From Thermodesulfobacteriota bacterium (GTDB taxonomy: Bacteria > Desulfobacterota > Desulfobacteria > Desulfobacterales > C00003060): 64,000 nt of DNA. Location of the stretch: contig JAXHVD010000016.1 of assembly GCA_034189385.1 (NCBI GenBank), forward strand, positions 1 to 64,000, in the 5' to 3' direction. The notes beneath the pieces were generated by a model. The model was not told the DNA's origin and did not search any database. It was given only the letters and a program-made list of their open reading frames with translations. Positions within the stretch are counted from its first letter, which is position 1. Every line of letters begins with the position of its first letter. A program made the translations under genes and the position numbers. Below are positions 48,328 through 58,106 of this stretch, in pieces.

Positions 48328-50640
48328 TCAGGATGTGCCTGAGGCCTGAATTTGTTTCAGGATACTGCGTGCCTCATCTGCGCCGTCGAAGTCCTGGGCT
48401 ATATCAAGTGCCTTTTGTAGGAACTCTAGGGATCTTTCGGGCTCGTTGTTCTTATAAAAGGCAAGGCCTAAATGGTAGTTGATCACTGGATTGTCAGGCT
48501 CTAGTTCCAAGCTGTCCTGAAATTCCGCAATAGCGCTCAAGTAGCTTCCCTTTAAATAGTATATCCAACCCAGGGTGTCCATGGTGGAGCTGCTCTCAGG
48601 CATATTCTCCTTGGCGATTTGTGCCAATCCCAAGGCTTCATCAATGTTGCCTCCCCGTTGTGCCAGATTCCAGGCTAGGTTGTTGGCTGCAGGCGCAAAA
48701 TCGTCTTTTAGCTCCAATGCCTTTCTGTAATAGGATTCGGCCTTTTCGGCATTGCCCCGTTGATCATAGATAGTGCCCAGGGCCATGTAACCTGCCACGT
48801 AGTTCGGATTCTTATCCAAAACCTCCTCAAATTGAGAAATGGCCTCTGTCAACCTGTCCTCTTTCACGTAGATCTTGGCCAAGGCCACATAGGGAGCCAG
48901 AATGTTTTCTTGCGTCTCAATGGCCTTTTCAAAGTGTTGTTGGGCTTTAGTCAAATCCTCCTGGGACCAAAAAATCGTCCCTTCCAGGTATTCGATCCAT
49001 GCCAAGTTAGAAGGAGACTCTGAGGCCTTTCCCTTGTATTCCTCACATAGTTGAAGAGCTTCGTCATATCTTTTGTCTTGCAGTTGCACACGCACCATGT
49101 GGGCGAGGGCATCGGTCCGGTGAGGATCCAACTCCAGCACCTTTTTCAAGGATTTCAGCGCCTCGTGGCGTCGATTTGTGACACTATAAAGAAACCCAAG
49201 ACGCAGATGAGCAGATACAGAGTCGGGGTCAAGATCAAGGGCCTTCTTGAAAAGGGCCTCCGCTTGCTTTGTGTCTTTTTCCAGGGTGTTCAGATTTCCT
49301 TTCAGAATCAGGGCCGGAACATGAGAGGGAGCCTGGCCGAGTACTGTCTCTATTTGCTGATCAGCCAGGTTCAATCTCCTGTTACGAAGATATATCTCTG
49401 CTAACACGAGCCTGGCATCTAACTGACGAGGGCCCATCTCTATGGCCTTCACCAGGTCGTGTTCAGCGAGCTTTCGTTTCCCTTTTGCCATGAGGCACAA
49501 GGCCTTGTAATAGTAGGCTCTGGCATTATCGGGGTTTTCTCTCACCACCAGGTCAAGTCGCTTAAGGGCATTGTCAACATCTTCTCTCGCCAGATAAAGC
49601 CTTCCCTTTAAGAAACTTGCTTCCACGTGCCCCTTGTCTTTTTCTAAGACTTGATCGACGAGTTCTTCAGCCGCGCCCGTCTTTTGGAAACGGAGATACA
49701 ACTTTGCCATGGCCAAGAGGATCTCCGGATCCCCCTTCTTTATCTTCAAAGCCTTCTCCATGGTCTCTAGGGCTTTGTCAAAGGATTGCCTTCGGGCATA
49801 ATGCCGAGCCAGCTCCATCAGGGGCGCAATGTCCTCCTGGGATGCGGCATTGACTGCCTCCAAGTACGTCTTCTCCGACTCCTCCCATCTTTTTTGGGTC
49901 TCGTAGAAGAATGCGAGTATAATGAGATCTTGTTCCTTGGAGGCAGAGGCATCCACCATCTTTTTCAGCTCTGACTCGGCGTTATCCCATTCCCCCTTCG
50001 TGCCGTAGATGCGAGAGAGCTCCACGCGAGGCTTGCGTGCAGATGGCTCCACGGACAGGGCCATTAAATAGGCCTTCTCCGCCCCTTCAATATCGCCGGT
50101 GAGGAGCAGCAGGCGGGCGAGCGATAGGTTCGCCTGAAAATGCTTGGGGTCCATGGAAGTGGCCTGCTGCAATGTCTTTATGGCAGCGTCCACATGGTTT
50201 TCCATGACCTCTACATCTGATAGCAGTAACAGGGCCTCTATGTTTTGGGGTGATTCTTGTAAGACAATCTCGGCCTTTTCCCTGGCATCGTCAGGCTGTT
50301 TCCCTAGCAGAAAGATTTGTCCCATCTTCAGCTGGGCCTTGAGGTCTTCTGGGTTGATGGATACAGCACGGGAAAATGATTTAAAGGCCTCTTGGCCTTG
50401 TTTCAACTTGAGATAGGTCTCGCCCAGCTCGTAGCAAGCAGCACTGTTTTCAGGGTGCAGCTGAAGCACGTTCTTGAATTCAATGACCGCCTTTTTGAGT
50501 TCATTCCTTTCAACATATTGTTTTGCTCTTTCAAGGTGTTTCGCTGCCCGCTCTTCCTTGCTGGCGCACCCGATGAGAACAAACAAAAAAAGGACTGGCA
50601 CCATCCAGAGTTGTCTAGTCTTCCATGTATTCGTTCTCAT
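48328..50640 (-). CDS. TPR-repeat lipoprotein (PrsT-like, PEP-CTERM system)
   Basis: Lipobox VLIGC, many TPRs, C-terminal ANNLAW...DTLGWIYY; ATG 50640 with AAGGAG RBS. Confidence 0.88.
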   Translation of the reverse strand: MRTNTWKTRQLWMVPVLFLFVLIGCASKEERAAKHLERAKQYVERNELKKAVIEFKNVLQLHPENSAACYELGETYLKLKQGQEAFKSFSRAVSINPEDLKAQLKMGQIFLLGKQPDDAREKAEIVLQESPQNIEALLLLSDVEVMENHVDAAIKTLQQATSMDPKHFQANLSLARLLLLTGDIEGAEKAYLMALSVEPSARKPRVELSRIYGTKGEWDNAESELKKMVDASASKEQDLIILAFFYETQKRWEESEKTYLEAVNAASQEDIAPLMELARHYARRQSFDKALETMEKALKIKKGDPEILLAMAKLYLRFQKTGAAEELVDQVLEKDKGHVEASFLKGRLYLAREDVDNALKRLDLVVRENPDNARAYYYKALCLMAKGKRKLAEHDLVKAIEMGPRQLDARLVLAEIYLRNRRLNLADQQIETVLGQAPSHVPALILKGNLNTLEKDTKQAEALFKKALDLDPDSVSAHLRLGFLYSVTNRRHEALKSLKKVLELDPHRTDALAHMVRVQLQDKRYDEALQLCEEYKGKASESPSNLAWIEYLEGTIFWSQEDLTKAQQHFEKAIETQENILAPYVALAKIYVKEDRLTEAISQFEEVLDKNPNYVAGYMALGTIYDQRGNAEKAESYYRKALELKDDFAPAANNLAWNLAQRGGNIDEALGLAQIAKENMPESSSTMDTLGWIYYLKGSYLSAIAEFQDSLELEPDNPVINYHLGLAFYKNNEPERSLEFLQKALDIAQDFDGADEARSILKQIQASGTS

Positions 50641-50807
50641 GTTGCCCCTCTCCTTTGGAATCATGGCCGAGACAAGTCTTGGGGCACAGTTGGGCAGACT
50701 GCGGATAGCTAGCCTGTCTTGACGCCGAACATCCAAGTGCTTTCCTCCCAAAATGCGCAATGTCCTTTGCGTAAGACCTTTTACCATTTCATCTAGTTGG
50801 CACATAC

Positions 50808-50836
50808 AGGATAGAACCCGATGTAATCATTGTCAA
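50808..50836 (-). promoter_or_regulatory. Sigma-70 promoter for the TPR / receiver / activator genes
   Basis: TTGACA-17 bp-TATCCT. Confidence 0.65.
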
Positions 50837-50888
50837 ACTGATTCTTTTTCTAATCATAGAAGAGGGTGGAGTGATCGCATCGGCCGTA

Positions 50889-51593
50889 TTAGCCCCTTTT
50901 GCCAAAAATGGCGGTGCCGATTCGTACCAGGGTTGCGCCTTCCTCGATAGCCGCCTCAAAATCTCCACTCATACCCATGGAAAGCTCTGTCATGTGCACA
51001 TTGGGAAAGTGCTCGTTGCCGATCAGCCCCTGCAGTTTTCTGAGGGTCCTAAAATAGGGACGGACCTTTTCCGGTGCATTAAAGTAGGGGGGCATAGTCA
51101 TGAGCCCGCAAATGGCAAGGTTTTCAAGATGGGCCATCTGGCTTACCAGATCCATGGCCATATGTGTCTCAATACCCGACTTAGTCCTTTCGGCTGAGAT
51201 GTTCACTTGTACCAAAACCTTTTGGACCTTGCCAAGATTGGCCGAGCGCTTGTTCAGCTCCGTTGCCAGCCTAAGACTATCAACGGAGTGGATGAGGTCA
51301 AAGAGTCTCACTGCATACTTGGCCTTGTTGGTTTGAAGGTGACCTATAAAATGCCATGACACTTCTTCATCACCAAGGGCGCTGATCTTTGCTTCGGCTT
51401 CCTGGACATAGTTCTCTCCCAGGTCTGTTACCCCAGCCCGAATGGCAGCCAAGACACGATCGGCAGATACTGTCTTGCTTACAGCCACCAATCTCGCGGA
51501 ATTGGGATCACGACCACACCTAACGGCTGCGCCCCTCATTTGATCTGTGACCCCTTTGAGCCTGCTTTCAATCTCTTCTGTCATTGTCCACAT
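50889..51593 (-). CDS. yggS: Pyridoxal phosphate homeostasis protein
   Basis: [39 protein letters not shown] and VRIGTAIFG motifs. Confidence 0.96.
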   Translation of the reverse strand: MWTMTEEIESRLKGVTDQMRGAAVRCGRDPNSARLVAVSKTVSADRVLAAIRAGVTDLGENYVQEAEAKISALGDEEVSWHFIGHLQTNKAKYAVRLFDLIHSVDSLRLATELNKRSANLGKVQKVLVQVNISAERTKSGIETHMAMDLVSQMAHLENLAICGLMTMPPYFNAPEKVRPYFRTLRKLQGLIGNEHFPNVHMTELSMGMSGDFEAAIEEGATLVRIGTAIFGKRG

Positions 51594-51714
51594 CTCAGTA
51601 ACTTTCTGTTAATGCACCGGCCATGCCAGTGAGGATCTAAAAGGTCTTGCCGCTTTCTGCGCATTTCAATCATTGGTCAATCATGAAGAATAGCCGGGGG
51701 AGAGCCGCACAGTA

Positions 51715-52308
51715 TCAGCGTTTTACCACACCCTTTTTCACCAGATAGTCTACCACTTCGCAGACGGGCAGTCCAACGACACTGGTGTAGGAACCTTCGA
51801 GACGCCTTATTAAGAAGGCCCCAAGACCCTGGGCCCCATAGCCGCCGGCTTTGTCAAAGGGTTCTGCCGTGTCAATGTACCAGTCGATCTCTCCCTCGGT
51901 CAGGGTCTTAAACAGGACCTTTGTTTCCACCGTGTCCGAAAAGGCCTGTTTTGCTGCATTGCAGCAGATACAATACCCTGTGAGCACCCTGTGTGTCTTG
52001 CCGCTGAGGGAACGAAGCATGTGCCGTGCCTCATCGGCGGTCCGGGGCTTTCCCAATACATTGTTTCCAATCACCACCATGGTATCGGCTCCGATAACCC
52101 AGCTCCGCGGGTAGCGCAAAGAAACTTCGTGGGCCTTGGCTTCGGCAAGAAGTCTCACCCGGCTTTCTGGTAATGATGCCGTTACTTGGCTTTCGTCCAC
52201 AGAGCTAGGCACCACGCCAAAGGCCAAACCAGCTTGATTAAGAAGCGCGCTGCGTCTGGGGGAGTTTGAAGCCAGAACGAGGGCGCCTGTCCGAAAAGAG
52301 GCATTCAT
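51715..52308 (-). CDS. maf: Maf-family nucleoside triphosphate pyrophosphatase
   Basis: LASNSPRR, GADT, LGKP, DKAGGYG.QG and VVGLP motifs. Confidence 0.95.
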   Translation of the reverse strand: MNASFRTGALVLASNSPRRSALLNQAGLAFGVVPSSVDESQVTASLPESRVRLLAEAKAHEVSLRYPRSWVIGADTMVVIGNNVLGKPRTADEARHMLRSLSGKTHRVLTGYCICCNAAKQAFSDTVETKVLFKTLTEGEIDWYIDTAEPFDKAGGYGAQGLGAFLIRRLEGSYTSVVGLPVCEVVDYLVKKGVVKR

Positions 52309-52338
52309 GAGACATAGAGTTACCAGAAGGCAGGGCAT

Positions 52339-52367
52339 TTGACAACGTTCCTTTCGTGCCATATAAA
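52339..52367 (+). promoter_or_regulatory. Sigma-70 promoter for the REC-HD-GYP gene
   Basis: TTGACA-17 bp-TATAAA, ~50 bp before ATG 52417 (RBS GAGGAG). Confidence 0.75.
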
Positions 52368-52416
52368 TGCACGCGACCGTCTAGGCCTATCTTGATGTAC
52401 CTTCGAGGAGCGGATA

Positions 52417-53442
52417 ATGACGAACATATTGATCGTGGACGACGAAGAAGCCATTCGGAACTTGCTCAGGAGAATCCTTGAAGGCAAAGGTTATTCCTGC
52501 GAATTAGCTGCCAGCGGAGCGGAGGGGCGAGAGTGCCTGAAGGAGCAAAATTGCGAATTGCTTCTTTGCGACATACGCATGCCAGGCGAATCAGGACTGG
52601 ATTTCGTAAGGTACGCCCTCTCTGAATATCCAGACACAGCAGCCGTTATGGTAACGGGCGTAGATGATCCATTGGTCGCAGGCGAGGCCCTGCTGATCGG
52701 CGTCTATGACTATCTGGTCAAACCGCTTCAGCCCAATGCGGTGATCATCACAGTAGCCAACGCATTGCGTCGCCGGGAGCTTGAACTGGCTGATCGTGCT
52801 CATAGAGAAGATCTCGAAAATCTAGTCGTGGAAAGGACTGCCACGCTCCAGAACACTACGGAAAAGTTACGCAAGGCACTGGACGGCACCGTCCATGCGC
52901 TGGCATTGACGGTGGAAATGAGGGATCCGTATACAGCAGGACATCAAAGACGCGTGGCCGACCTGGCCTCTGCCATGGCAAGAAGAATTGGCCTGTCATC
53001 TGATCAGATAGAAGGCATCCGTATGGCAGGGATTGTTCACGATTTGGGAAAGATATCGGTACCCACAGCCATCCTGAACAAACCCGGTCGGTTGACCAAG
53101 AATGAATTCAACCTGATCAAAGATCACTCACAGATCGGATACGACATTCTCAAAGACATCGAGTTTCCCTGGCCTATTGCCCAGATGGTTCTTCAACACC
53201 ATGAAAGGATGGACGGCTCCGGATATCCACAGGGTCTGTCTGGTGAAGAGATCCTCCTAGAAGCAAGGATGCTTGCCGTAGCCGACGTTGTAGAGGCCAT
53301 GGCCTCACACCGGCCATACCGACCTGCCCTGGGCATAGATAAGGCGTTAGACGAGATCTCGCGGAACAAGGGGATTTTTTACGATCCTGAAGTCGTAGAC
53401 ACTTGCTTGGCACTCTTTACTGAGGAAGGGTTTAAGCTTTAG
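52417..53442 (+). CDS. Response regulator with HD-GYP cyclic-dinucleotide phosphodiesterase domain (RpfG-like)
   Basis: Intact REC (DD, D, T, KP); RDPYTAGH, HDLGK, HHERMDGSGYP and RPYR motifs. Confidence 0.95.
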   Translation: MTNILIVDDEEAIRNLLRRILEGKGYSCELAASGAEGRECLKEQNCELLLCDIRMPGESGLDFVRYALSEYPDTAAVMVTGVDDPLVAGEALLIGVYDYLVKPLQPNAVIITVANALRRRELELADRAHREDLENLVVERTATLQNTTEKLRKALDGTVHALALTVEMRDPYTAGHQRRVADLASAMARRIGLSSDQIEGIRMAGIVHDLGKISVPTAILNKPGRLTKNEFNLIKDHSQIGYDILKDIEFPWPIAQMVLQHHERMDGSGYPQGLSGEEILLEARMLAVADVVEAMASHRPYRPALGIDKALDEISRNKGIFYDPEVVDTCLALFTEEGFKL

Positions 53443-53496
53443 AATTCCAAGAAAAGGCGTCTTCTTTATTCAGGATGGAGCGCCAGCATCTCCATG

Positions 53497-54933
53497 CTAA
53501 GTCATGAGTTCAGAGAGCAAGTCTTCAGCCGCTCGCTCTCCCGCACGAACACAGTCTGGGATCCCGACCCCTTCAAATCCGTTACCTGCCAGCTCCAAGC
53601 CTTTATGCCTCATAAGCCTTTGGCGCATCGTGGCCACCCTTTCGAGGTGTCCTACATCATATTGTGCCATGGAATCTGGCCAGCGACTCACGATGGCAAA
53701 TTGGGGAGGCGTTGTGATGCCCAACAAGGCATCCAGGTCCCGTCGGGCGGTTTGGGTGATCTCTTCATCACTGCGTTGGACGATTTCCGGTTGCAACGCA
53801 CCACCCATGAAGGCACGAAGCAACACATAACCCACCGGTGCCCGGCCTGCGTATTTGACACTGCTGAAGGATGCCGCAATGATGTTTTGCCTTTCAGTAA
53901 TGGGGACGACACAACCAAAGGCATTCAGCGGATGGGCGATGTGTGATCGTTTGTACGCAAGATGGACCACAGCGGAAGAGGCATAGCCCACGGCCGACAA
54001 CTGCCGGGACAGGTCGGCGTCCACGGCTGTCAGCAGCCTTGCGGCGTGTTTGGAGGGGCCGGCAATGATGACACCATCTGCTTCAACGGAAAGACCGTCT
54101 TCCATCTTAACTTTCCACAAGGGCACAGCGTTATCAGTTGGGCTTTTCTCCAACTGAGCGGCCCTCTCACCCAAGCGGAAACGAACGTGGCCCAGGCGCT
54201 CTTCCAAGGCTCGAATCAAGGTATGCAAACCATCTTTGAACGTTACAAACATGGAGTAACGGGCGCCACTTCCAGAAGTCTTTCTCTTTTTCCCCTCAGC
54301 CCGCATCCCCAGTATGACACTGCGGTACTTGGTCTCAAGATCAAGGAACCGAGGCATGGTCGCTCTGAGGCTTAGTCTGTGAGGTTTGGCAGTGTAGATG
54401 CCGCTGATCAGGGGTTGCACGAGACGGTCGAGGGCTTCCTGTCCAAATCGCCGGATGACAAAGGAGGCCAGCGACTCGTCGCCATTTTGTTTTCTGGGAG
54501 GGACGAAGAGCTCCATACCCATTCGGACTTTGCCAGGCAGCGAAAAGAGGGGGGTTGTGACCATGGGAAGGAACTTGGTTGGGGCCATGAGGAGAAACCC
54601 TTCAGGGATAGGCATCATTTTCCCGTTGCGAACGACCATGGCGCTGCGGTGGGCCTCATTGGTCGATATGAGCTCAGATGCTATCCCCAATCGTCGTGCT
54701 AAGGCTATGGCCCATGGTTTGGCCGTGACAAAGTTGTCCGGTCCTGAATCGATGAGGAAGCCGTCCTGCTTGATGGTGTGAATAACGCCGCCCAACTGAT
54801 CTCGTGCCTCGATCAAGGTCACATGCAGCAGGCCATTTTCATCTTTGCTCAGTTCGGAGAGGCGATGGGCAGCAGACAACCCTGTGATGCCTCCTCCAAT
54901 GATAACGATCTTTTTTCCCTCTGTTCTATTCAC
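53497..54933 (-). CDS. hemY: Copro/protoporphyrinogen oxidase (HemY/CgoX)
   Basis: IIGGGITGLSAA, GPDNF, PLISGIY, QY.VGH and GVGIPDC motifs; GTG start coupled to the hemH stop. Confidence 0.93.
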   Translation of the reverse strand: MNRTEGKKIVIIGGGITGLSAAHRLSELSKDENGLLHVTLIEARDQLGGVIHTIKQDGFLIDSGPDNFVTAKPWAIALARRLGIASELISTNEAHRSAMVVRNGKMMPIPEGFLLMAPTKFLPMVTTPLFSLPGKVRMGMELFVPPRKQNGDESLASFVIRRFGQEALDRLVQPLISGIYTAKPHRLSLRATMPRFLDLETKYRSVILGMRAEGKKRKTSGSGARYSMFVTFKDGLHTLIRALEERLGHVRFRLGERAAQLEKSPTDNAVPLWKVKMEDGLSVEADGVIIAGPSKHAARLLTAVDADLSRQLSAVGYASSAVVHLAYKRSHIAHPLNAFGCVVPITERQNIIAASFSSVKYAGRAPVGYVLLRAFMGGALQPEIVQRSDEEITQTARRDLDALLGITTPPQFAIVSRWPDSMAQYDVGHLERVATMRQRLMRHKGLELAGNGFEGVGIPDCVRAGERAAEDLLSELMT

Positions 54934-55873
54934 CTTTTTGACAATCCTTAACTGCCTCCAAAACCAAACGTGCAAGGGCCTTGATGAACAAGTGATGGTC
55001 GCCAACGGTCTTGGCCCGATGGAACGTCACGCCAGCCTTTTTGGCCGTGTCCATGGCTTCAATATCCAAATCGTAGAGAACTTCGATGTTATCACATACA
55101 AATCCGATCGGTACGGCAATGACATGCTTCACCTCGTGAGCTCCCAGGTCTCTCAAAACGGTATTGACATCCGGCTCAAGCCAGGGGTCATGAGGGCGTC
55201 CGCTGCGGCTTTGGTAAACTGCCTGCCAATGGGGGTGCCCTAATATGCTCGCAACAGAGGCCGCTGAATCATGTACCTGTTTTTCATAGACTTCAACCTG
55301 GGGATCACTGAACGGAAGGCTGTGGGCGGTGAAAAGAATATGGGCAGATGGTCGATGGCGCAGGGGAATCTCTTCAAGGCATTGCCTGACTCGAATTGAG
55401 ACGGCCTCAAGGAATTCAGGTTGGTCAAAAAGAGGCTCTGTATAAACAACACGGAGGCCGCCTCCCGCGTGGTCTATGGCACGGGCCACATCCTCCTTGT
55501 ACTGATCCCAACTCGATCTGCTTTGGTAAACAGACATGATCACGGCTACCGCTCCCTTTACCCCGGCCCGTTTCATCTGCCCAATAGTGTCCTTCAAAAA
55601 AGGGTGCCAGTTACGCATACCCACGCAGACTGGTAAGGGCGTGCCTTCATTCCTGAGCGTCGTTTCCAAAGCCTCTGCCTGCTTGCAAGTCACCTCTTTG
55701 ACCGGGGATTTCCCCTCAAAAAGCTCATAATGCCGGGCCACTGCCTCCAGCCGTTCCGGCGGTACCCGGCCCTTGGTGACTTGGGCCAGAAAGGGACGGA
55801 TATCCTCTGGCTTGTCTGGTCCTCCAAAGGCGATGACTAAGGCAGTGTCGAGTCTGTTTTTGTCTTCATCCAT
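54926..55873 (-). CDS. hemH: Ferrochelatase (HemH/CpfC)
   Basis: FGGP, GMRNWHP, FTAHSLP, YQSRSG...WLEPD and PIGFVCDNIEVLYDLD motifs. Confidence 0.94.
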   Translation of the reverse strand: MDEDKNRLDTALVIAFGGPDKPEDIRPFLAQVTKGRVPPERLEAVARHYELFEGKSPVKEVTCKQAEALETTLRNEGTPLPVCVGMRNWHPFLKDTIGQMKRAGVKGAVAVIMSVYQSRSSWDQYKEDVARAIDHAGGGLRVVYTEPLFDQPEFLEAVSIRVRQCLEEIPLRHRPSAHILFTAHSLPFSDPQVEVYEKQVHDSAASVASILGHPHWQAVYQSRSGRPHDPWLEPDVNTVLRDLGAHEVKHVIAVPIGFVCDNIEVLYDLDIEAMDTAKKAGVTFHRAKTVGDHHLFIKALARLVLEAVKDCQKGE

Positions 55874-55946
55874 AGTGAATCTCTAGCCTGAAGTACGGAG
55901 GAAATGAGCGATTAAAGGCACAGGCTTACACTTGAGATTTTAGCCA

Positions 55947-57896
55947 TCATCTTACAGAGAGTTCGTGGACTGCATCGACCAATTCAGCCACATTTTCGGG
56001 AGGCATGTCTGGCAAGATCCCATGGCCGAGATTGAAGATGTGCCCTGGCCGGGCTGCCGCCTTGTCCAATATAGCTTGAACGTGGGCCCATATTTCCTTC
56101 GGTGACGCATAAAGGACGATGGGGTCCATGTTGCCCATGACGGCCACATCATCGCCGAGGACAGACCAGGCTTGGGCAAGATCACAACGCCAATCAAGGC
56201 CGATTACATGGCCACCTGCCTCTTTCATCAGGGGTAAGAGAGCTGGATTGCCCGTGCTGAAATGAATAACCGGCACGGACCTGTCAAGCCCTTGTATGAG
56301 GCGTTTTACGTGAGGCATGACGAACTGGCAATAGTCATCAGGCGACAGGGAACCGACCCAACTGTCAAAGAGCTGGAGGGCGTTAGCCCCGGCGGCAATT
56401 TGTCCGTTTAGGTACGCAATCAGCACCTCCACCAGGCGTTCCATAAGTCTGTGCCATGTGGCCTTCTCCCGGTACATCATCGTCTTGGTTTTGACGTAGT
56501 GGCTAGATTTGCCTCCTTCAATCATGTAAGAGGCAATCGTAAAAGGGGCACCGGCAAAGCCGATTAATGCCACATCAGGCGGTAGGGCGCGACGGGTGAT
56601 CTTTAGGGCATCAAAGACATAGGCCAATTCATCGATGCTGGGTTCCCTCAGTCGCTCCACGTCTTGTCCAGTCCGTATTGGATTGTGGATGACAGGGCCT
56701 TCGCCTTTAAGGAATTCCAGGGCAAGTCCCATGGGCTCAGCAACGAGAAGAATGTCGGCAAAGATGATTGCCGCGTCCACGCCAAGGCGCTCCACGGCCA
56801 TCAATGTGACCTCTGCTGCCAGTTCCGGCGTCTTGCAGAGCTCCAACATGGTCACCCTTTTCCGAATTCTTAGGTATTCACGCTGGTACCGCCCAGCCTG
56901 TCTCATGATCCATATGGGCGTGTATGGTGTTGGCTCCCGTCTGCATGCCTTCATGAATACGGAATCATCAATGCTAGGCTGTCCGTGGACACGGGGCTCC
57001 CACACCATATCAATGCGCCGCCACTTGTTCGTATCCACCTTGTTCGCAAAGGCTGTCCGCTTTTTGTGGAGTAAGTCCCCCCCGCGGCGGGCCATCTCTC
57101 TCACAAGGTGGGGCATTCTGGGAGCATCGGGTTCGTAGTCCACGGCCAATCCTTTTTCGGCAATGGCTCTACTCGCAGTGGGTCCGACGGATCCGATGCA
57201 GACTTTAGCGAAGGCCGCCCGGAGCTTGTCTTCAAGCCCGTCTATCTTCGCTACCTTGAAAAGGTGCCGCACTTGGGTGGCGCTGGTAAACAACGCCACA
57301 TCGGCCTGTCCCTCGCCGTTGCCAAGGATGAGGCGAATAGCCCTGCGAATGGGCTCTAAGTCTTCAGGGAGCTCCCACCTATAGACGGGAACAGCCAATA
57401 TTTGGGCGCCGCGCTCCTCCAATGCCTTGATCAAATCAGGATCAGACTGCCCATATTCCTGGACGGCCACGCGTTTGTTCTCCAAAGGGTATTTCTCGTC
57501 GAATATGGTGAGCAGGTCCGTCACTGTATGCGGTTTTGCAACAGGCATGGTGGGGGCTAGCCCCATCTCTCGGAGCGCCGCCACGGCCTTAGGTCCAAGG
57601 GCAAAAGTGTCTACCCTCTTGAGGGCGTCAATGAACTCCTGAACGTCGTACTTGGTCGACACAGTTTGAACGAGCAGTCGGGTGCCAACCCCTGTCAACA
57701 GAATCAACGCGTCGATCCAGCCGGCCAGCAGAAGTTTGGCAAAGGTCAGGGCTTCACTATTGTGCTCAAGAGGCACTTCACGCATGCTTGGAGCTATGAG
57801 TGGCTCCCCCCCAGCCTCCCGGATGAGCTCTTCCATCTCATCGGAATGCCGACTTTCAAAGGAAACCACTCTGAGGCCTTTAAAATCTACTGGCAT
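55947..57896 (-). CDS. hemE: Fusion of uroporphyrinogen-III synthase (HemD-like) and uroporphyrinogen decarboxylase
   Basis: N-terminal ~280 aa with FESR, LTGVG, VYRW, FTSA.QV and VGP; C-terminal PIWIMRQAGRY, FADIL, FDSW, GNMDP and IFNLGHG. Confidence 0.92.
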   Translation of the reverse strand: MPVDFKGLRVVSFESRHSDEMEELIREAGGEPLIAPSMREVPLEHNSEALTFAKLLLAGWIDALILLTGVGTRLLVQTVSTKYDVQEFIDALKRVDTFALGPKAVAALREMGLAPTMPVAKPHTVTDLLTIFDEKYPLENKRVAVQEYGQSDPDLIKALEERGAQILAVPVYRWELPEDLEPIRRAIRLILGNGEGQADVALFTSATQVRHLFKVAKIDGLEDKLRAAFAKVCIGSVGPTASRAIAEKGLAVDYEPDAPRMPHLVREMARRGGDLLHKKRTAFANKVDTNKWRRIDMVWEPRVHGQPSIDDSVFMKACRREPTPYTPIWIMRQAGRYQREYLRIRKRVTMLELCKTPELAAEVTLMAVERLGVDAAIIFADILLVAEPMGLALEFLKGEGPVIHNPIRTGQDVERLREPSIDELAYVFDALKITRRALPPDVALIGFAGAPFTIASYMIEGGKSSHYVKTKTMMYREKATWHRLMERLVEVLIAYLNGQIAAGANALQLFDSWVGSLSPDDYCQFVMPHVKRLIQGLDRSVPVIHFSTGNPALLPLMKEAGGHVIGLDWRCDLAQAWSVLGDDVAVMGNMDPIVLYASPKEIWAHVQAILDKAAARPGHIFNLGHGILPDMPPENVAELVDAVHELSVR

Positions 57897-58053
57897 GACA
57901 CTCCTTTCAGTCAGATCCTGTTGTTAGTGGGGGGACCCTAGAAGCATGACCTTCCAGGCATGACAAAGACACACCCTTCATCCATGCCGAGGCGCTGCCA
58001 GGCGTCCCATACACGGTGTAACTATTGAAAAGAATTCCCATTTGCATAAATAG

Positions 58054-58082
58054 ACTATAGGAAAAAGGGGGCAATCTGTCAA
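58054..58082 (-). promoter_or_regulatory. Sigma-70 promoter of the hem operon
   Basis: TTGACA-17 bp-TATAGT. Confidence 0.8.
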
Positions 58083-58106
58083 GAGGCAAGGAAAGGTATC
58101 GTGCTG

